Shown: positions 31,364 to 41,879 of the stretch, piece after piece
Layout: every line of letters starts with the position of its first letter
How positions within the stretch are numbered: the stretch's first letter is position 1
Source of the DNA: an uncultured Acidimicrobiia bacterium
GTDB taxonomy: Bacteria > Acidobacteriota > Terriglobia > Versatilivoradales > Versatilivoraceae
Reading direction: 5' to 3'
DNA: 64,000 nt
Assembly: GCA_963786955.1 (NCBI GenBank)
Contig: CAWBAT010000004.1
Location: forward strand, 608,001-672,000
The notes under the pieces: generated by a model
Databases searched by the model: none
What the model was told of the DNA's origin: nothing
What the model saw: the letters and a program-made list of their open reading frames with translations, nothing else
Made by a program: the position numbers and the translations under genes

Positions 31364-32827
31364 AGCTCCAAGAATTCCCGAAACTTCAGCCCCCACTTCC
31401 TTACTGATTTCGCTAAGATGGATGGCCAAAATCTTCGCATATTCCTGTTTGATCCTGCCAAGACTGAGAAGGACTTTGTCGACCCCCAAAACCGAATGGG
31501 CAATCCCACAAGCGCCGGCAAACTCGATGTCGACCTTGGCATTTGGAGTCTCTTCGTTCACTCCCAGAAAAGAGGCCTGCCGCTTAGAAAGCGCACTCAC
31601 GACCGCGCCCGTATCAAAAAGAAAATTCCGGGTGACAGGGCCATTAATCGAAACAGGCAGCAATATCAAATTCCCAAAGATCCTAAAGTCAACTTGCGTT
31701 CCATCTACTGGAAGAACAGGCCGGTTCTTATCGCCGTTTTCTGGCCCTCTCGGTTCCAGAAGAATCCTTTGACCGGGGTAGTCCAAAGTGATCAAGAAAT
31801 CGGCCAAGTCAGAAGTGCTTAAGACCCCGTCGATCAATCCCTGGAAAATTTTGTTGTCAAATGAGGAAACTGGCAAATTCGAGATCTCGACCGCACCGAT
31901 TCTTAACTTCGCTGCTTTGCACAAGTGGGTAGCGGTTTTCCCCGTTCCTCCGACGCATTTGGCGACAGCTGAAGCAATAACTGGAATCTTCAGTTGATCA
32001 ATTAACTCATTCGAAATGACGGTGGAGGTTGCCCCTGTATCGACGAGAAACCGGTAAGGGCCGGAGTCATTGATATGGGTTTCGACGATCATGAGTCCAA
32101 AGAAGGGTTGAGAGGATATTTCATAGCTTCTTTGTGAGTCTTTAATTCTTCCCACCACTTCATTTTCAAAACTACGAAAGAACGTGAGGAGTGCTTCAGC
32201 ATTTTGCACTCTTTCGGGGTAAAACCTCGGCTTCAAGGAGAGATACCTCTCTAGCGACTTCGCTTGTTGCACATAGTTCCGAGTGGCTCCATATCCCTCG
32301 CTGGCATAAAAGTAGTTATCTTCCATCTCTGGAGCTAGCTGAATGGCCTTCTGGAAGTGAGCTAAACTCTGGTCAAACTGAAGTCGGCTCAACAAGAGGC
32401 GACCCATCGCAAGGTGTGCCTCGGCCTGCTTTGAATTCATCCGTAAACTTTTTTCTAATTGAGCCTCAGCTTTTTTAAACTCACCCTCCCGGAGAAGATA
32501 CATCCCATAGGCTGTGAGAATAAATGGATCATTGGGGTTGCGGTGCAATGTTTTCTTAATCTGTTCTGAAGCGAGGTCGAGTTCATCTTCGATTAATAAG
32601 ATTTTGATTAATAGCAAGGAGGCTTGTACGGAATCAGGTGACAACTTGAGGACTCTCCGGACTTCCTCTTTGGCAGCAGACAGTTCTCCCTCTTTCAAAA
32701 GTACCTGGGCCTTGTCCATCGGACTCACCCTTGATGCCTGAGCGTGTTCGGCGAAAGCCACCAGAAAAAATAGCCAGAAAAAGCAGCCTGACCATAATCT
32801 TGGAGACTCAATCCACTTCTTCATCAC
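31301..32827 (-). CDS. secreted TPR plus tandem retropepsin-like aspartyl protease
   Basis: Signal ending AQA, TPRs, FLVDTGA and FLFDTGA, GILGADF. Confidence 0.88.
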   Translation of the reverse strand: MMKKWIESPRLWSGCFFWLFFLVAFAEHAQASRVSPMDKAQVLLKEGELSAAKEEVRRVLKLSPDSVQASLLLIKILLIEDELDLASEQIKKTLHRNPNDPFILTAYGMYLLREGEFKKAEAQLEKSLRMNSKQAEAHLAMGRLLLSRLQFDQSLAHFQKAIQLAPEMEDNYFYASEGYGATRNYVQQAKSLERYLSLKPRFYPERVQNAEALLTFFRSFENEVVGRIKDSQRSYEISSQPFFGLMIVETHINDSGPYRFLVDTGATSTVISNELIDQLKIPVIASAVAKCVGGTGKTATHLCKAAKLRIGAVEISNLPVSSFDNKIFQGLIDGVLSTSDLADFLITLDYPGQRILLEPRGPENGDKNRPVLPVDGTQVDFRIFGNLILLPVSINGPVTRNFLFDTGAVVSALSKRQASFLGVNEETPNAKVDIEFAGACGIAHSVLGVDKVLLSLGRIKQEYAKILAIHLSEISKEVGAEVSGILGADFYSKRVVKIDYRQGTIRIE

Positions 32828-33614
32828 GCCTCATTTTTCTTAACCGCAATTTTTGCTTCCATAAGAATTTCATCATGCTCCGGAAATGATATCCCTTGGC
32901 TCTATAGGAAAAAGCTTTCGCACTTTCTCTTAGATGTTGATGAACCATTCCGGCGGCGGGGTTGTATACGACTTTCCAACCATTTTCATGAATCCTGAAA
33001 CACAAGTCGACGTCCTCGAAATAAAGAAAATAGCGCTCATCAAATAGCTCGGGGCCCGCGGCGGACCGGCGAATCATCATGGCAGCTCCCAATCCCCAAT
33101 CCACGGTCATCAGGTTATTGTGATCCCAATCTATCATGAGATGCTGCCGTACCAAAGGGTGGTTGGCGAACCTATTCTTCCAGGGTCCTCGGCGCATCAG
33201 TAAAGTCTGATAGGAGTAAAAACGTCGGCAGGAGTATTGTAATGTGCCATCGGGGTATTTGAGCTTTGGCAGGACAATCCCGGCTTTCAAGTCCGCCTGA
33301 ATCGTTTGAAGAAGCACCTGGAGAGCCTGGGGTTCGACCCGGACATCTGGGTTCAACAAAAGGACATATTCGCTTTGACTCAAGCGATAGCCCATGTTTG
33401 CCGCGCGGCCAAACCCAAGATTTGAAGGGCTTTGAATTAACCGCAGGTTCGGCCAATCGGCTTCATTAAAAGAAGCCATTTCTTCCGGGACCCCATTATT
33501 GATGACAAAAATTTGATCGTCAACGACGGTGTCGCTGCTCAGAAGAGATGTCAAGCATGATTGCAGCAAGTCTCCAGATCGAAAGTTGACAATGATGACA
33601 GAGAGAAGGCTCAT
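32808..33614 (-). CDS. GT2 family glycosyltransferase (WbbL-like)
   Basis: SVIIVNF, NLGFG.A.N.G, LLNPD, FDERYFLYFEDVD. Confidence 0.92.
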   Translation of the reverse strand: MSLLSVIIVNFRSGDLLQSCLTSLLSSDTVVDDQIFVINNGVPEEMASFNEADWPNLRLIQSPSNLGFGRAANMGYRLSQSEYVLLLNPDVRVEPQALQVLLQTIQADLKAGIVLPKLKYPDGTLQYSCRRFYSYQTLLMRRGPWKNRFANHPLVRQHLMIDWDHNNLMTVDWGLGAAMMIRRSAAGPELFDERYFLYFEDVDLCFRIHENGWKVVYNPAAGMVHQHLRESAKAFSYRAKGYHFRSMMKFLWKQKLRLRKMRRDEEVD

Positions 33615-36600
33615 TGCATGACATCTTCATGGATTCGCTCGAATAATTCGGTCAACTGGCCCACACCAAAATTTTCTTTAACTCGCAAGCGGGCGGTATT
33701 CCCCATTTCCCTCCGTCGGTCAGCGTCTTGAAGGAGAGTGACTGTGTCCCGGATAAAATCTTCAGGAGTATCTGAAATCATGAGGTCACGACCACTTTCA
33801 AAAGGATATCCTTCTGCGCATCTTCTCGTTGCGACCACTGGTTTTCCCATTGCCATGGCTTCAAGAACCTTTCCACGTAATCCTGCACCGCTGATGACCG
33901 GCGCGACAAAAACAGAGTGTCTCTGCAAGTAAGGTCGAACATCCGGAACATAATCGGTGAAAATGACGGAATCTCGATGACTGTAGATTAGAATTTCGGG
34001 TGGAGGAAATCGGCCAATAATCGTGATATTCGCCCCCGGTACCGCCTGGAGAATCCCCGGCCAAATTTTCTGGAAAAAATATTGAAGTCCTTCAACATTG
34101 GGGGGATGCTTAAAATATCCTATAAAAATCAGACTATTCGGCGTTTCCTCGCAAGTGGGACAGGATGCAAAGTACTCGGTATCCACACCTGTCCGCGCTA
34201 AACGAATATTGATCAACTTCAGTTTCGTTTCCAAGTAACTCTGGTCGACCGAAGACAAGGCGACAACGGATTTGACCTTGCGGCACAGATGACTTTCATA
34301 AGCCTCCATCAGTTTCCATTTGAAAAAACTCTTTGCTTTGAGATAAAGACCCGATGCCCGCTGAAAATTCCTTTTGTAAGCCAAACTCAGCACTTCATGA
34401 TGCGTTAAGAGGCTCGGGTACTCACTGAGGTCGGGAATGAAGTTTAAGGTATGCAGGTACTCGCACTGCACCAGATCCAAGTCTTCCTTCTTCAACTGAT
34501 TGAGAACTTCTTTGCGCATGAGCAGGCACGCATTGATCACCGCAAAGATTTTAGAAAAAAGAAACGAGCTCTTTAACTCATCACTGTAGGGATGCAGCGT
34601 AATCGTTTTGACTTCCTTACAGTACTGACGAAGATAATCAGCGTGCAGCTTTTCTTCGTCAGTTTCCATAAAAGAAAGCAAAGTAATTTCATGATGGGCT
34701 GATAATCCTTTGATCAAATTAACGACGACCCATGACCCGTCGAGCCCGAGCCTAGGCAATCGTTTCGAGACAATCAATATCTTCTTGGGTCGGTTATGGA
34801 TCTTTCCCTTGAGCAGATATTTGTGCCTATAGAGGAACCACGAGTCAATGATTGCCAACGTTTCCTCGTCGGAAAGCCGTGACAGCCGATTGGAGCTTAA
34901 CCGGTTCCAGAGGATCCTGGGAATTTTGAGGAGTGCTCCCAGAAATGCCATGAGAATAGCAAAACGTCTTCGACTCAAATCTAACAGAATCCGGAATGGA
35001 AGCTTCGCCAGGTGATTAATGAACATCCGGACGGAAGTAATATTTTGCCAGAAGAAAACAAACAGGTTTCTCCAGATAAGGTAATCAATTTTTCTGTTAC
35101 CGAGCTTGGTTGCATTGGTGCTGCGATGCTTATGAGTGACCTTGCTAGCCGGGGAAAAAAGGACTCCATACCCTTTTTTCCAGGCCCGATAAGAGAGATC
35201 TGCATCCTCGACATAGCCGGGATAATAAATCTCGTTAAAGCCCCCGAGCGCCAGAAATTTGGCTCGATCATAAGCGCTCGATCCTCCCCCGGCATAAAAC
35301 ACAGGCACGTATTGGCGCAACTCATCTTGCTCACCCGGTTGGGAATGTCCCACGTAAACGCAACCAAAGACCATCGTTCCAAATGTCTTACCGGTCTCTT
35401 CGCGAATCTTCGATTGGTCGTAATTAAAAATCTGCGAAGTCACAGCAAAGATATCCGGTTGATCAAACCCTTTCAATAATGGGCCGAGAAAACCGGGTTC
35501 CACAATCACATCATTGTTCAACAAAACGACAATATTATTCTTGGCGCATTGAACCCCGATGTTGTTTCCACGACTGAAGCGATAGTTCTTGTCGAGTTCG
35601 ATCAGGCGTACGTCAGGGTAATGGATACGAACGTAATCCTGCGACCCATCGGTACTCCCGTTGTCGACCAGGATGATCTCGTGATCTCCTCCTTCAAATT
35701 CGACCGCTTTCTTAACAGCGTCCAGGCATTCCTGAAGCAATTCCTTTTTATTCCAAGACAAGACAATAATCGAGGCTTTAGCGGGTTTGTAGCTCCGGGG
35801 CAGATCTACGAGGTCATATCCCCTGGTAGAAACAATCAACTGGTCATAGAACTCTTCGACCTGCTTGATGAGAAATTTTCGATTGAAGTGGTGTCTGATC
35901 ACTAACCGGCTTTGGCGACTCATCCGCTCACGGAGTTCCGGGTCACCCAACAGCCGGACAACCGACTCAACCACAGCACCTGAATCCGCAGACTGGATGA
36001 GCAGGCCGGTCTGCTCATGAAGGACCGCTTCGGGCGTCCCGCTCACCTGTGTGGCGACCACAGGTATTCCCACCGACATGGCCTCCAGGACACTAAGCGG
36101 CAAGCCTTCATAGATTGAAGTCAACAAGAACAAATCCAAAGCCGACAATATATCGGCAATGTCCTGTCGCTCACCGGCAAAGATCACGTAAGCGGAGAGT
36201 CCTAAGGCCTCTACCCTTTTCAAGCAATTGTCGCGCTGGGGGCCATCCCCTACGAAGAGGAATCGAGCCTGCGGATAGCTCTTGATAATTCCTGGAATGG
36301 CGTCAATAGTATACTCATGCCCCTTTTGAGCGCTGAACCGCGCTACCGTACCGATCAGGAACTGATCGTCGCCAACCCCGAACTCTGCACGAACGTGTCT
36401 ACGGCCTTCCTCGGAAAATTGATATTTTGAGACTTCAATACAATTCCGAATGAGTTTGACGCGAATCGGATCAATCTTATAGTCGCGGATAAGAAGCCGC
36501 TTGTTTGCTTGAGAGACCGCTATTGTGTAATGCAGGCAAAATGAGATGATCTTCTTGACGAGCTTTTTGGTTCCGACCCCGGCTCGTTTTCCAGTTGCCA

Positions 36601-36991
36601 ATTGGAATGCAAGGTGTTCGGTTGCCAAACGCCATGGGACACGTGCGCAGAAAGCCGCTAAAATGGGGAAGAAGCATCCAAAAGAGTTGTTGAGATTGAA
36701 ATGAACCAATGCCGGGCGCTGCTCAAGAAAGTATCGAAAGGGCACCAAAAAATTAGTGAGCGGGGAACGCCCGTGCGTTTCGACATAGTCCACTTGGATC
36801 TGGGCTTTCTGGAAAAAATCGGCAAGAGGGAGAGTATTAGGCCTTTGGGTGAGGGCGACTCTGGGTTGATATTTTTCTCGATTAATTCCCGGAATCAGCA
36901 ATTTGAGATATTCTTCGGCCCCACCGAGAAAAATCGCGTCGGAGAAAAAAATGATCTTCTGCGGCTCAGACATCAGCTTTTTTCCCCTCAC
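33611..36991 (-). CDS. triple glycosyltransferase fusion GT4-GT2-GT4
   Basis: EGLPLSVLEAM (GT4); LVDNGSTD, LLNND, YVEDAD (GT2); GAGLRGKVLEAM (GT4). Confidence 0.9.
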   Translation of the reverse strand: MRGKKLMSEPQKIIFFSDAIFLGGAEEYLKLLIPGINREKYQPRVALTQRPNTLPLADFFQKAQIQVDYVETHGRSPLTNFLVPFRYFLEQRPALVHFNLNNSFGCFFPILAAFCARVPWRLATEHLAFQLATGKRAGVGTKKLVKKIISFCLHYTIAVSQANKRLLIRDYKIDPIRVKLIRNCIEVSKYQFSEEGRRHVRAEFGVGDDQFLIGTVARFSAQKGHEYTIDAIPGIIKSYPQARFLFVGDGPQRDNCLKRVEALGLSAYVIFAGERQDIADILSALDLFLLTSIYEGLPLSVLEAMSVGIPVVATQVSGTPEAVLHEQTGLLIQSADSGAVVESVVRLLGDPELRERMSRQSRLVIRHHFNRKFLIKQVEEFYDQLIVSTRGYDLVDLPRSYKPAKASIIVLSWNKKELLQECLDAVKKAVEFEGGDHEIILVDNGSTDGSQDYVRIHYPDVRLIELDKNYRFSRGNNIGVQCAKNNIVVLLNNDVIVEPGFLGPLLKGFDQPDIFAVTSQIFNYDQSKIREETGKTFGTMVFGCVYVGHSQPGEQDELRQYVPVFYAGGGSSAYDRAKFLALGGFNEIYYPGYVEDADLSYRAWKKGYGVLFSPASKVTHKHRSTNATKLGNRKIDYLIWRNLFVFFWQNITSVRMFINHLAKLPFRILLDLSRRRFAILMAFLGALLKIPRILWNRLSSNRLSRLSDEETLAIIDSWFLYRHKYLLKGKIHNRPKKILIVSKRLPRLGLDGSWVVVNLIKGLSAHHEITLLSFMETDEEKLHADYLRQYCKEVKTITLHPYSDELKSSFLFSKIFAVINACLLMRKEVLNQLKKEDLDLVQCEYLHTLNFIPDLSEYPSLLTHHEVLSLAYKRNFQRASGLYLKAKSFFKWKLMEAYESHLCRKVKSVVALSSVDQSYLETKLKLINIRLARTGVDTEYFASCPTCEETPNSLIFIGYFKHPPNVEGLQYFFQKIWPGILQAVPGANITIIGRFPPPEILIYSHRDSVIFTDYVPDVRPYLQRHSVFVAPVISGAGLRGKVLEAMAMGKPVVATRRCAEGYPFESGRDLMISDTPEDFIRDTVTLLQDADRRREMGNTARLRVKENFGVGQLTELFERIHEDVMQ

Positions 36992-37386
36992 TCACGAAGA
37001 TGAGGGGCATAGGACCCCGCTTCGCAAAGCTTTCCGCATTGTCAGACTTAAAGTATAACCTAGTGTATTCATAGGCAGCAACCGGGCATTAAACCGATGA
37101 TGAGAGGCTACAGATGGACGGCACAACTCCCCCATAATTCCTGAATCTTCTTGCTGAGACTGGCCAGAGATGCCATCTCCATTCGACTGAAGAGGGGCAA
37201 CGATCGCTCAATCCCTTCAATAATTGTAGACCCAATGTCGGACAGCTGCTACAAGCAAGAGCCTCCTCCCCCCCTGCCCAATTCCATTCCAGATTGTAAA
37301 AAACACAGGACACCAGAAAGGCCAATTCGATCAATCCACCACAAAGGCGACGGTCAAGAAATAAGGATGTTTAAAAAAATACTGCG

Positions 37387-38622
37387 TCATTCTTGATGCG
37401 CTGGCGCGCTCGACTCTCGAGGGGAGCGGAAACTCCGGCGAGTAGTCAGCACATAAGGAGCGGTGATGAGAAAAAGAAAGATGATCAACACTTCAGAGTC
37501 TCCAAAATTAAATTCGAATTGCCCGGCCACGAAAAGGACCACGACCGTTATGAATCCGATTGCGCAAATGGTTTGCTTCGCGGCGTCGCCGAGGAAACGC
37601 CTATAGTTCTTCCAATGGTCTAATCCGATCTTAACCATCAGCCACAGCCAAGCAACGGCACAAGGGATCCCTCTTTCCGCAGCAAATTGTAAAATGTTAT
37701 TGTGGAGGTGAACGGGGTAGAATCCGTCACGATAACGATCTTCAGGATGATCGTGATAGTCATAAAAGACTTTAGAGACCCTTTGAGGCCCAACACCCGT
37801 TAACGGGTGAGCCTCAATCATCTTCAAACCTGCCTTCCAGATCGCCCGGCGGGCGTAATTGGACGGATCGGAGGAGTCCCAGAGACTCACGAATCGCCTT
37901 TGAAACGGTCCGGGGATAGCCAATAGAACGGCAAGGGTGCAAAGCACTACCATCAGCATTTTCCAATTGAGCCTACCCATTGCCAATATACAGAAAAGAC
38001 CGACAATCGTGGCGATCCAAACACTGCGCGTAAATGTGAAGGCCAAAGCCACTCCGAGCACGCAGGCCAGAGTTGTCCAGACGAGAGCCCTCCTGGGGCG
38101 CAGAATATAAACATAAGCCACGAGGGCTATGAAAACCAGCATCAACTCACCACTAAAGGTCATCCAATGCCCCATAAAGCCAGTCGTCCTGAACCACCCT
38201 TTAGAAAGATAATGAAGCGATTGGTAAATGGATCGTAAAGCCGCAAGCAGCGCTAGAACAAAGAGAAAATGATAAGTTCTGAGGACCAGTTGTTCTGTAA
38301 AAAGGCTGCAGATCAGAGGGATCACTGCAAAGAGCCAAAACTTGTTGATGGGAGGAAGCCCTATCCCAGGTTCAGGAGAAAAGGCAAGCGCAACGAGAGT
38401 CGAAACCATGAATAAAGTGAGTGGGAGCTGGATGGGAGGAAAGTTTACTTGAAAATTTCTTTGCTGGGCTTTAAGAATGAGGAACCCAATAATGCTGAGC
38501 GATAAGCATATCGAGGCTCCGGCGATGGAAACCACGGGGAGTACAACTGCCAGCATCGTGGACCAGCAGGTAATATCCTCAACAATCGATTCCCGATTTT
38601 TCACTTCCGGGTTCCTTGACAC
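37387..38622 (-). CDS. O-antigen ligase / oligosaccharyltransferase-like (Wzy_C) membrane protein
   Basis: Many TM helices, T.TRS.W, R.AIW, HP.TGVG, HLHNN.LQ.AAERG. Confidence 0.88.
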   Translation of the reverse strand: MSRNPEVKNRESIVEDITCWSTMLAVVLPVVSIAGASICLSLSIIGFLILKAQQRNFQVNFPPIQLPLTLFMVSTLVALAFSPEPGIGLPPINKFWLFAVIPLICSLFTEQLVLRTYHFLFVLALLAALRSIYQSLHYLSKGWFRTTGFMGHWMTFSGELMLVFIALVAYVYILRPRRALVWTTLACVLGVALAFTFTRSVWIATIVGLFCILAMGRLNWKMLMVVLCTLAVLLAIPGPFQRRFVSLWDSSDPSNYARRAIWKAGLKMIEAHPLTGVGPQRVSKVFYDYHDHPEDRYRDGFYPVHLHNNILQFAAERGIPCAVAWLWLMVKIGLDHWKNYRRFLGDAAKQTICAIGFITVVVLFVAGQFEFNFGDSEVLIIFLFLITAPYVLTTRRSFRSPRESSAPAHQE

Positions 38623-38682
38623 ATTCCTCTCACTTTCCCTATGCTTGCGACAAAGTTCATTGGTGGGTAAGGACCGCGTTGC

Positions 38683-40173
38683 ATGACTGACAGTTCTGAA
38701 TCACAACGGTCCAGCGAGATCGGAACAAAAACCATGAGGGGGGTATCCCTCATGGTCATGCGAACGCTGATCCTTTACCCGATTGGCCTCGTCGGAGAAA
38801 TTTGTCTCGCGCGTCTCCTTACCCCTGAGGATTTTGGAGTCTATGCCTTGGCAAGCTTTGTCACGGTGACCCTTGCTGGCGTCCTGGAAGTCGGCCTGGC
38901 CGCTTCATTGATCCAGCGGAAGGCCGAACCTCTTGATGAAGAATATCAAGTCTTATTTTCACTCCAGATTTTGGGAATCACCGCGCTGGTGTTGTTTACC
39001 TTCTTCCTGGCTCCCTATCTATTTCCGCTCCTCGACCTCGACGCCGGTATTCGTTGGAAGCTCCTCGTTCTGCTGTTCTGCCCATGGATCAGCTCCTTCG
39101 CCACGATGTCCAGCGTCAAGCTAGAGCGAGAGCTCCGCTATGCTGTCTTTGCGAAAATCGATATCTTACGGGGTCTTACTTACGTTGCGACCGCGGTCCC
39201 ATTGGCCTATCTGGGCTGCAAATCCTGGAGCTTTGTTGGCGCAATTACGGTCAGTACGATAGTCAAGGCCTGGGTTGCCTTCCGCGAAGCACCCTGGCCA
39301 GTCCGATTCAGACTGCGCCTCAAGGGAATGAGGCATACCCTTCATTTTGGTATCATTTTCCAGTTGTCCACCTTGACGTCCTTATTTCGTGACCATATCG
39401 CCGTTATTCTGGGAGGTCCACTTTTTGGAGCCCAATCGGTAGGCTACTTGAATTGGGCGAAGAATACGACCTACTATTCAAGCCAAATTTTTGCCCAGGT
39501 TGTTTCCAGAGTTGCCTTCCCTTCCATCTCACGTGTTCAGAATGACAGGCAAGCAGCTGCAAGGATGGCCGAACTCCTTCTTAAATACGTCAACATATTC
39601 ACGCTTCCCATCATCATGATATTCGCAGCATTGATTCCTGAGTTCGTCGCCGTCGTTTACACGAACAAATGGAGTCCTGCTATCCCTGCATTTTACGCCT
39701 ACTCGGTACGCATGATTGGCTCCAATTTCACGACTCTGATTATCGGTGTTCTAAGTGCTTTGGGCATGGTGAAGCAGTCATTGAGAATTCTGATTTGGTG
39801 GACGTTATTGGATTGGCTCCTCGCTCTTGCGTTGACTCCTTATTTTGGGTTTACAGGAATTGCCCTCGCTTACGCCGCCAGCGTCGTCCCCATCTCCATC
39901 TGGTTGGTTCTGGAATTGAATCGCACAATCAAGATTAAGTTGGTGTCAAGTTTCTATCAGCCCTTTTTTTTTAGCGCCTTAGCTGGGGTGGTCACCTTCT
40001 TAATAAAGCCATTCTTCTTGCCTTCCTGGGCTTCAGTCATTGGGCTCACTCTGGCAGGGCTGATCATCTTTGTTGCACTTCTTTTACTGGCAGAACGAAA
40101 AGTCATTTTCGGCGAATGCCGAACTTTTCTTGCGATAGTCCTGAAACGACAGGACAACGTCCCTTCTTATTGA
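38683..40173 (+). CDS. wzx: Wzx-type oligosaccharide flippase
   Basis: LARLLTPEDFG, GLAASLIQR, VAFP..SR.Q, many TM helices. Confidence 0.88.
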   Translation: MTDSSESQRSSEIGTKTMRGVSLMVMRTLILYPIGLVGEICLARLLTPEDFGVYALASFVTVTLAGVLEVGLAASLIQRKAEPLDEEYQVLFSLQILGITALVLFTFFLAPYLFPLLDLDAGIRWKLLVLLFCPWISSFATMSSVKLERELRYAVFAKIDILRGLTYVATAVPLAYLGCKSWSFVGAITVSTIVKAWVAFREAPWPVRFRLRLKGMRHTLHFGIIFQLSTLTSLFRDHIAVILGGPLFGAQSVGYLNWAKNTTYYSSQIFAQVVSRVAFPSISRVQNDRQAAARMAELLLKYVNIFTLPIIMIFAALIPEFVAVVYTNKWSPAIPAFYAYSVRMIGSNFTTLIIGVLSALGMVKQSLRILIWWTLLDWLLALALTPYFGFTGIALAYAASVVPISIWLVLELNRTIKIKLVSSFYQPFFFSALAGVVTFLIKPFFLPSWASVIGLTLAGLIIFVALLLLAERKVIFGECRTFLAIVLKRQDNVPSY

Positions 40174-40232
40174 CACGAACCAGTCTAAACCTATTGTCAA
40201 TTTGAAACCGTCCCGTTAGTTGTATCGGACTG

Positions 40233-40293
40233 GTAGGGCGGTCTCGCTGAGACCGCCGCGAAGATTCGGCCCGCAAGGCAAGCGCGTCCTACC
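40233..40293. repeat. GTAG-footed REP doublet (family B)
   Basis: GTAGGGCGGTCTCGCTGAGACCGCC...CCTACC between convergent genes. Confidence 0.8.
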
Positions 40294-40301
40294 GCGCTGA
40301 C

Positions 40302-41351
40302 CTATCGCAAGGCTAGAGGTCTCAATGTAAAACCAGCAACCGTCCCTTTAATTTTATTTGTCGAGGCAACATAACAAAACTCGTAAGCCTTGTCTCGGGA
40401 CAGGTCTTCCAAAAAGTGAAACTCGCCAATATGAACTCCCTGCTCAATCAGAAGGTACTGGTGGACCGGGATGAAAGCGCTGCTTCCAGCTGGTGCAGGG
40501 GAAACTTCCAATCCCGAGGTGTCTGACGCGATTAGGATGGCCCCTTTTTGTTCCACCAGCCACTTGGCTGCCTCCAGATTGATTCCGGCCGAATCATGGG
40601 CAAGCAATTTGTCATGGTCGCTTCCTGTCTCCCCCCAATATCGAAGGGTCCCGGTCCGAATGAAAACGGCATCTCCGGGCTGAATATCCACCTTTTCCCA
40701 TTCCAGTGTTTTCTTGAGATCTTCAATAGTGATTGCATAGTGCGCTTCCAATGCATCGACCTTGTGAAAGCCCGCCACATCAACCAAAATACCTCGCACA
40801 ACAATCGGTGGGATGGTCGTCACATCCGTCTTCCGAATGCCCCAGTTACCGCCCCAATCCGCTTCTTTAAAACCGTTATACCAATGATTGTCATCTCCCG
40901 TTGTGATGTGACCGAGACCATCAATTTGTGTGGCCACGTTGTCACTGATGAATAGCGCACAGCTGTGCCAGCCGATTCCTGCCTTGTTGACATTCGGAAG
41001 GACGAATTCTAAATCCTTTTGCCTCTTCACACCTTCCGGGGAGCGAAAAGTCATTATTTCAGCAGGTGAATGTCCAGGCCATTTGAAAGATGTCCTGTCA
41101 TAGGTAATCCCCAAATCGTACATCTTCCCTTGCTTGACGAGGCTAACAGCCTTTAAGCTCATTTCCGGCGTCATCGCATTTAGGGATCCGACTTCATCTT
41201 CTTGGCCCCAGATCCAACCCCATCCCTGGCCTTTCTTCCAGCCTTTTACTTGTGCCTCCAGTGGCGCAGTTGATGAAAGCAAGAACATTCCACAAAACAG
41301 AAGAAGGCAGCCCGCCTTCGTTGGAAGACTTCTTCTTAAACAGCAAATCAT
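40302..41351 (-). CDS. secreted cyclase family (kynurenine formamidase-like) metallohydrolase
   Basis: Signal peptide; WG.EDE.GSLN, TQIDGLGH, RGILVD, IRTG, VH..L..GV.IGE. Confidence 0.85.
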   Translation of the reverse strand: MICCLRRSLPTKAGCLLLFCGMFLLSSTAPLEAQVKGWKKGQGWGWIWGQEDEVGSLNAMTPEMSLKAVSLVKQGKMYDLGITYDRTSFKWPGHSPAEIMTFRSPEGVKRQKDLEFVLPNVNKAGIGWHSCALFISDNVATQIDGLGHITTGDDNHWYNGFKEADWGGNWGIRKTDVTTIPPIVVRGILVDVAGFHKVDALEAHYAITIEDLKKTLEWEKVDIQPGDAVFIRTGTLRYWGETGSDHDKLLAHDSAGINLEAAKWLVEQKGAILIASDTSGLEVSPAPAGSSAFIPVHQYLLIEQGVHIGEFHFLEDLSRDKAYEFCYVASTNKIKGTVAGFTLRPLALR

Positions 41352-41613
41352 ATGTCCTCCTTCAGAATTAAGATTTGACTTGGGTATTCTTTGCACGGGA
41401 ATTGTGGACGACACCTGACAGGATTTGCAAGCTCTCTATTGCTTCCTAAGAGTTTCTCTGAGAATCACTCTAACTAGACCAACAACTCGCGACACTTCAC
41501 TACGCCTCAAGATACGAGAGGGAAGGTCTGGGACTGTGAATCAACCCTGTAGAGGAGACATCGATTATGTGTATAATATCCGCATGTAAAACTTGGATTC
41601 CTCATCACCAGGG

Positions 41614-41764
41614 AAGGTGCGAAAAGATTCCGCCGGGTCGGGGATGAAGCATTGAGAAGGCTTCATGCCTACAACATGATGGTAAGATCTTTGAAATCAT
41701 TGTAGGCTTCAGGCTTTCTCAAAGCCTGAACCCCACGCGGCGTTTTCCAATTTTTTCACACCTT
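41614..41764. mobile_element. 151-bp MITE/REPIN-like element
   Basis: Ends AAGGTGCGAAAA / TTTTCACACCTT; two internal inverted GTAG-footed hairpins. Confidence 0.7.
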
Positions 41765-41879
41765 AAGAGGAACCAGGGGTAGAGTAAGTCTGAGAAATTT
41801 TGTTTGCCGGCTCAGGGCTTCAGCCCTGAAACAGTGGCTGTTCATGAGAATGACCCATCAATCGAAGGGAATATAAAAA

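Noticed and set aside
29174-31822. Antisense or overlapping ORFs (e.g. 29174-29596, 31217-31822) and the many similar short ORFs in the track
   Set aside because: They shadow well-supported genes on the opposite strand and have no motifs of their own.
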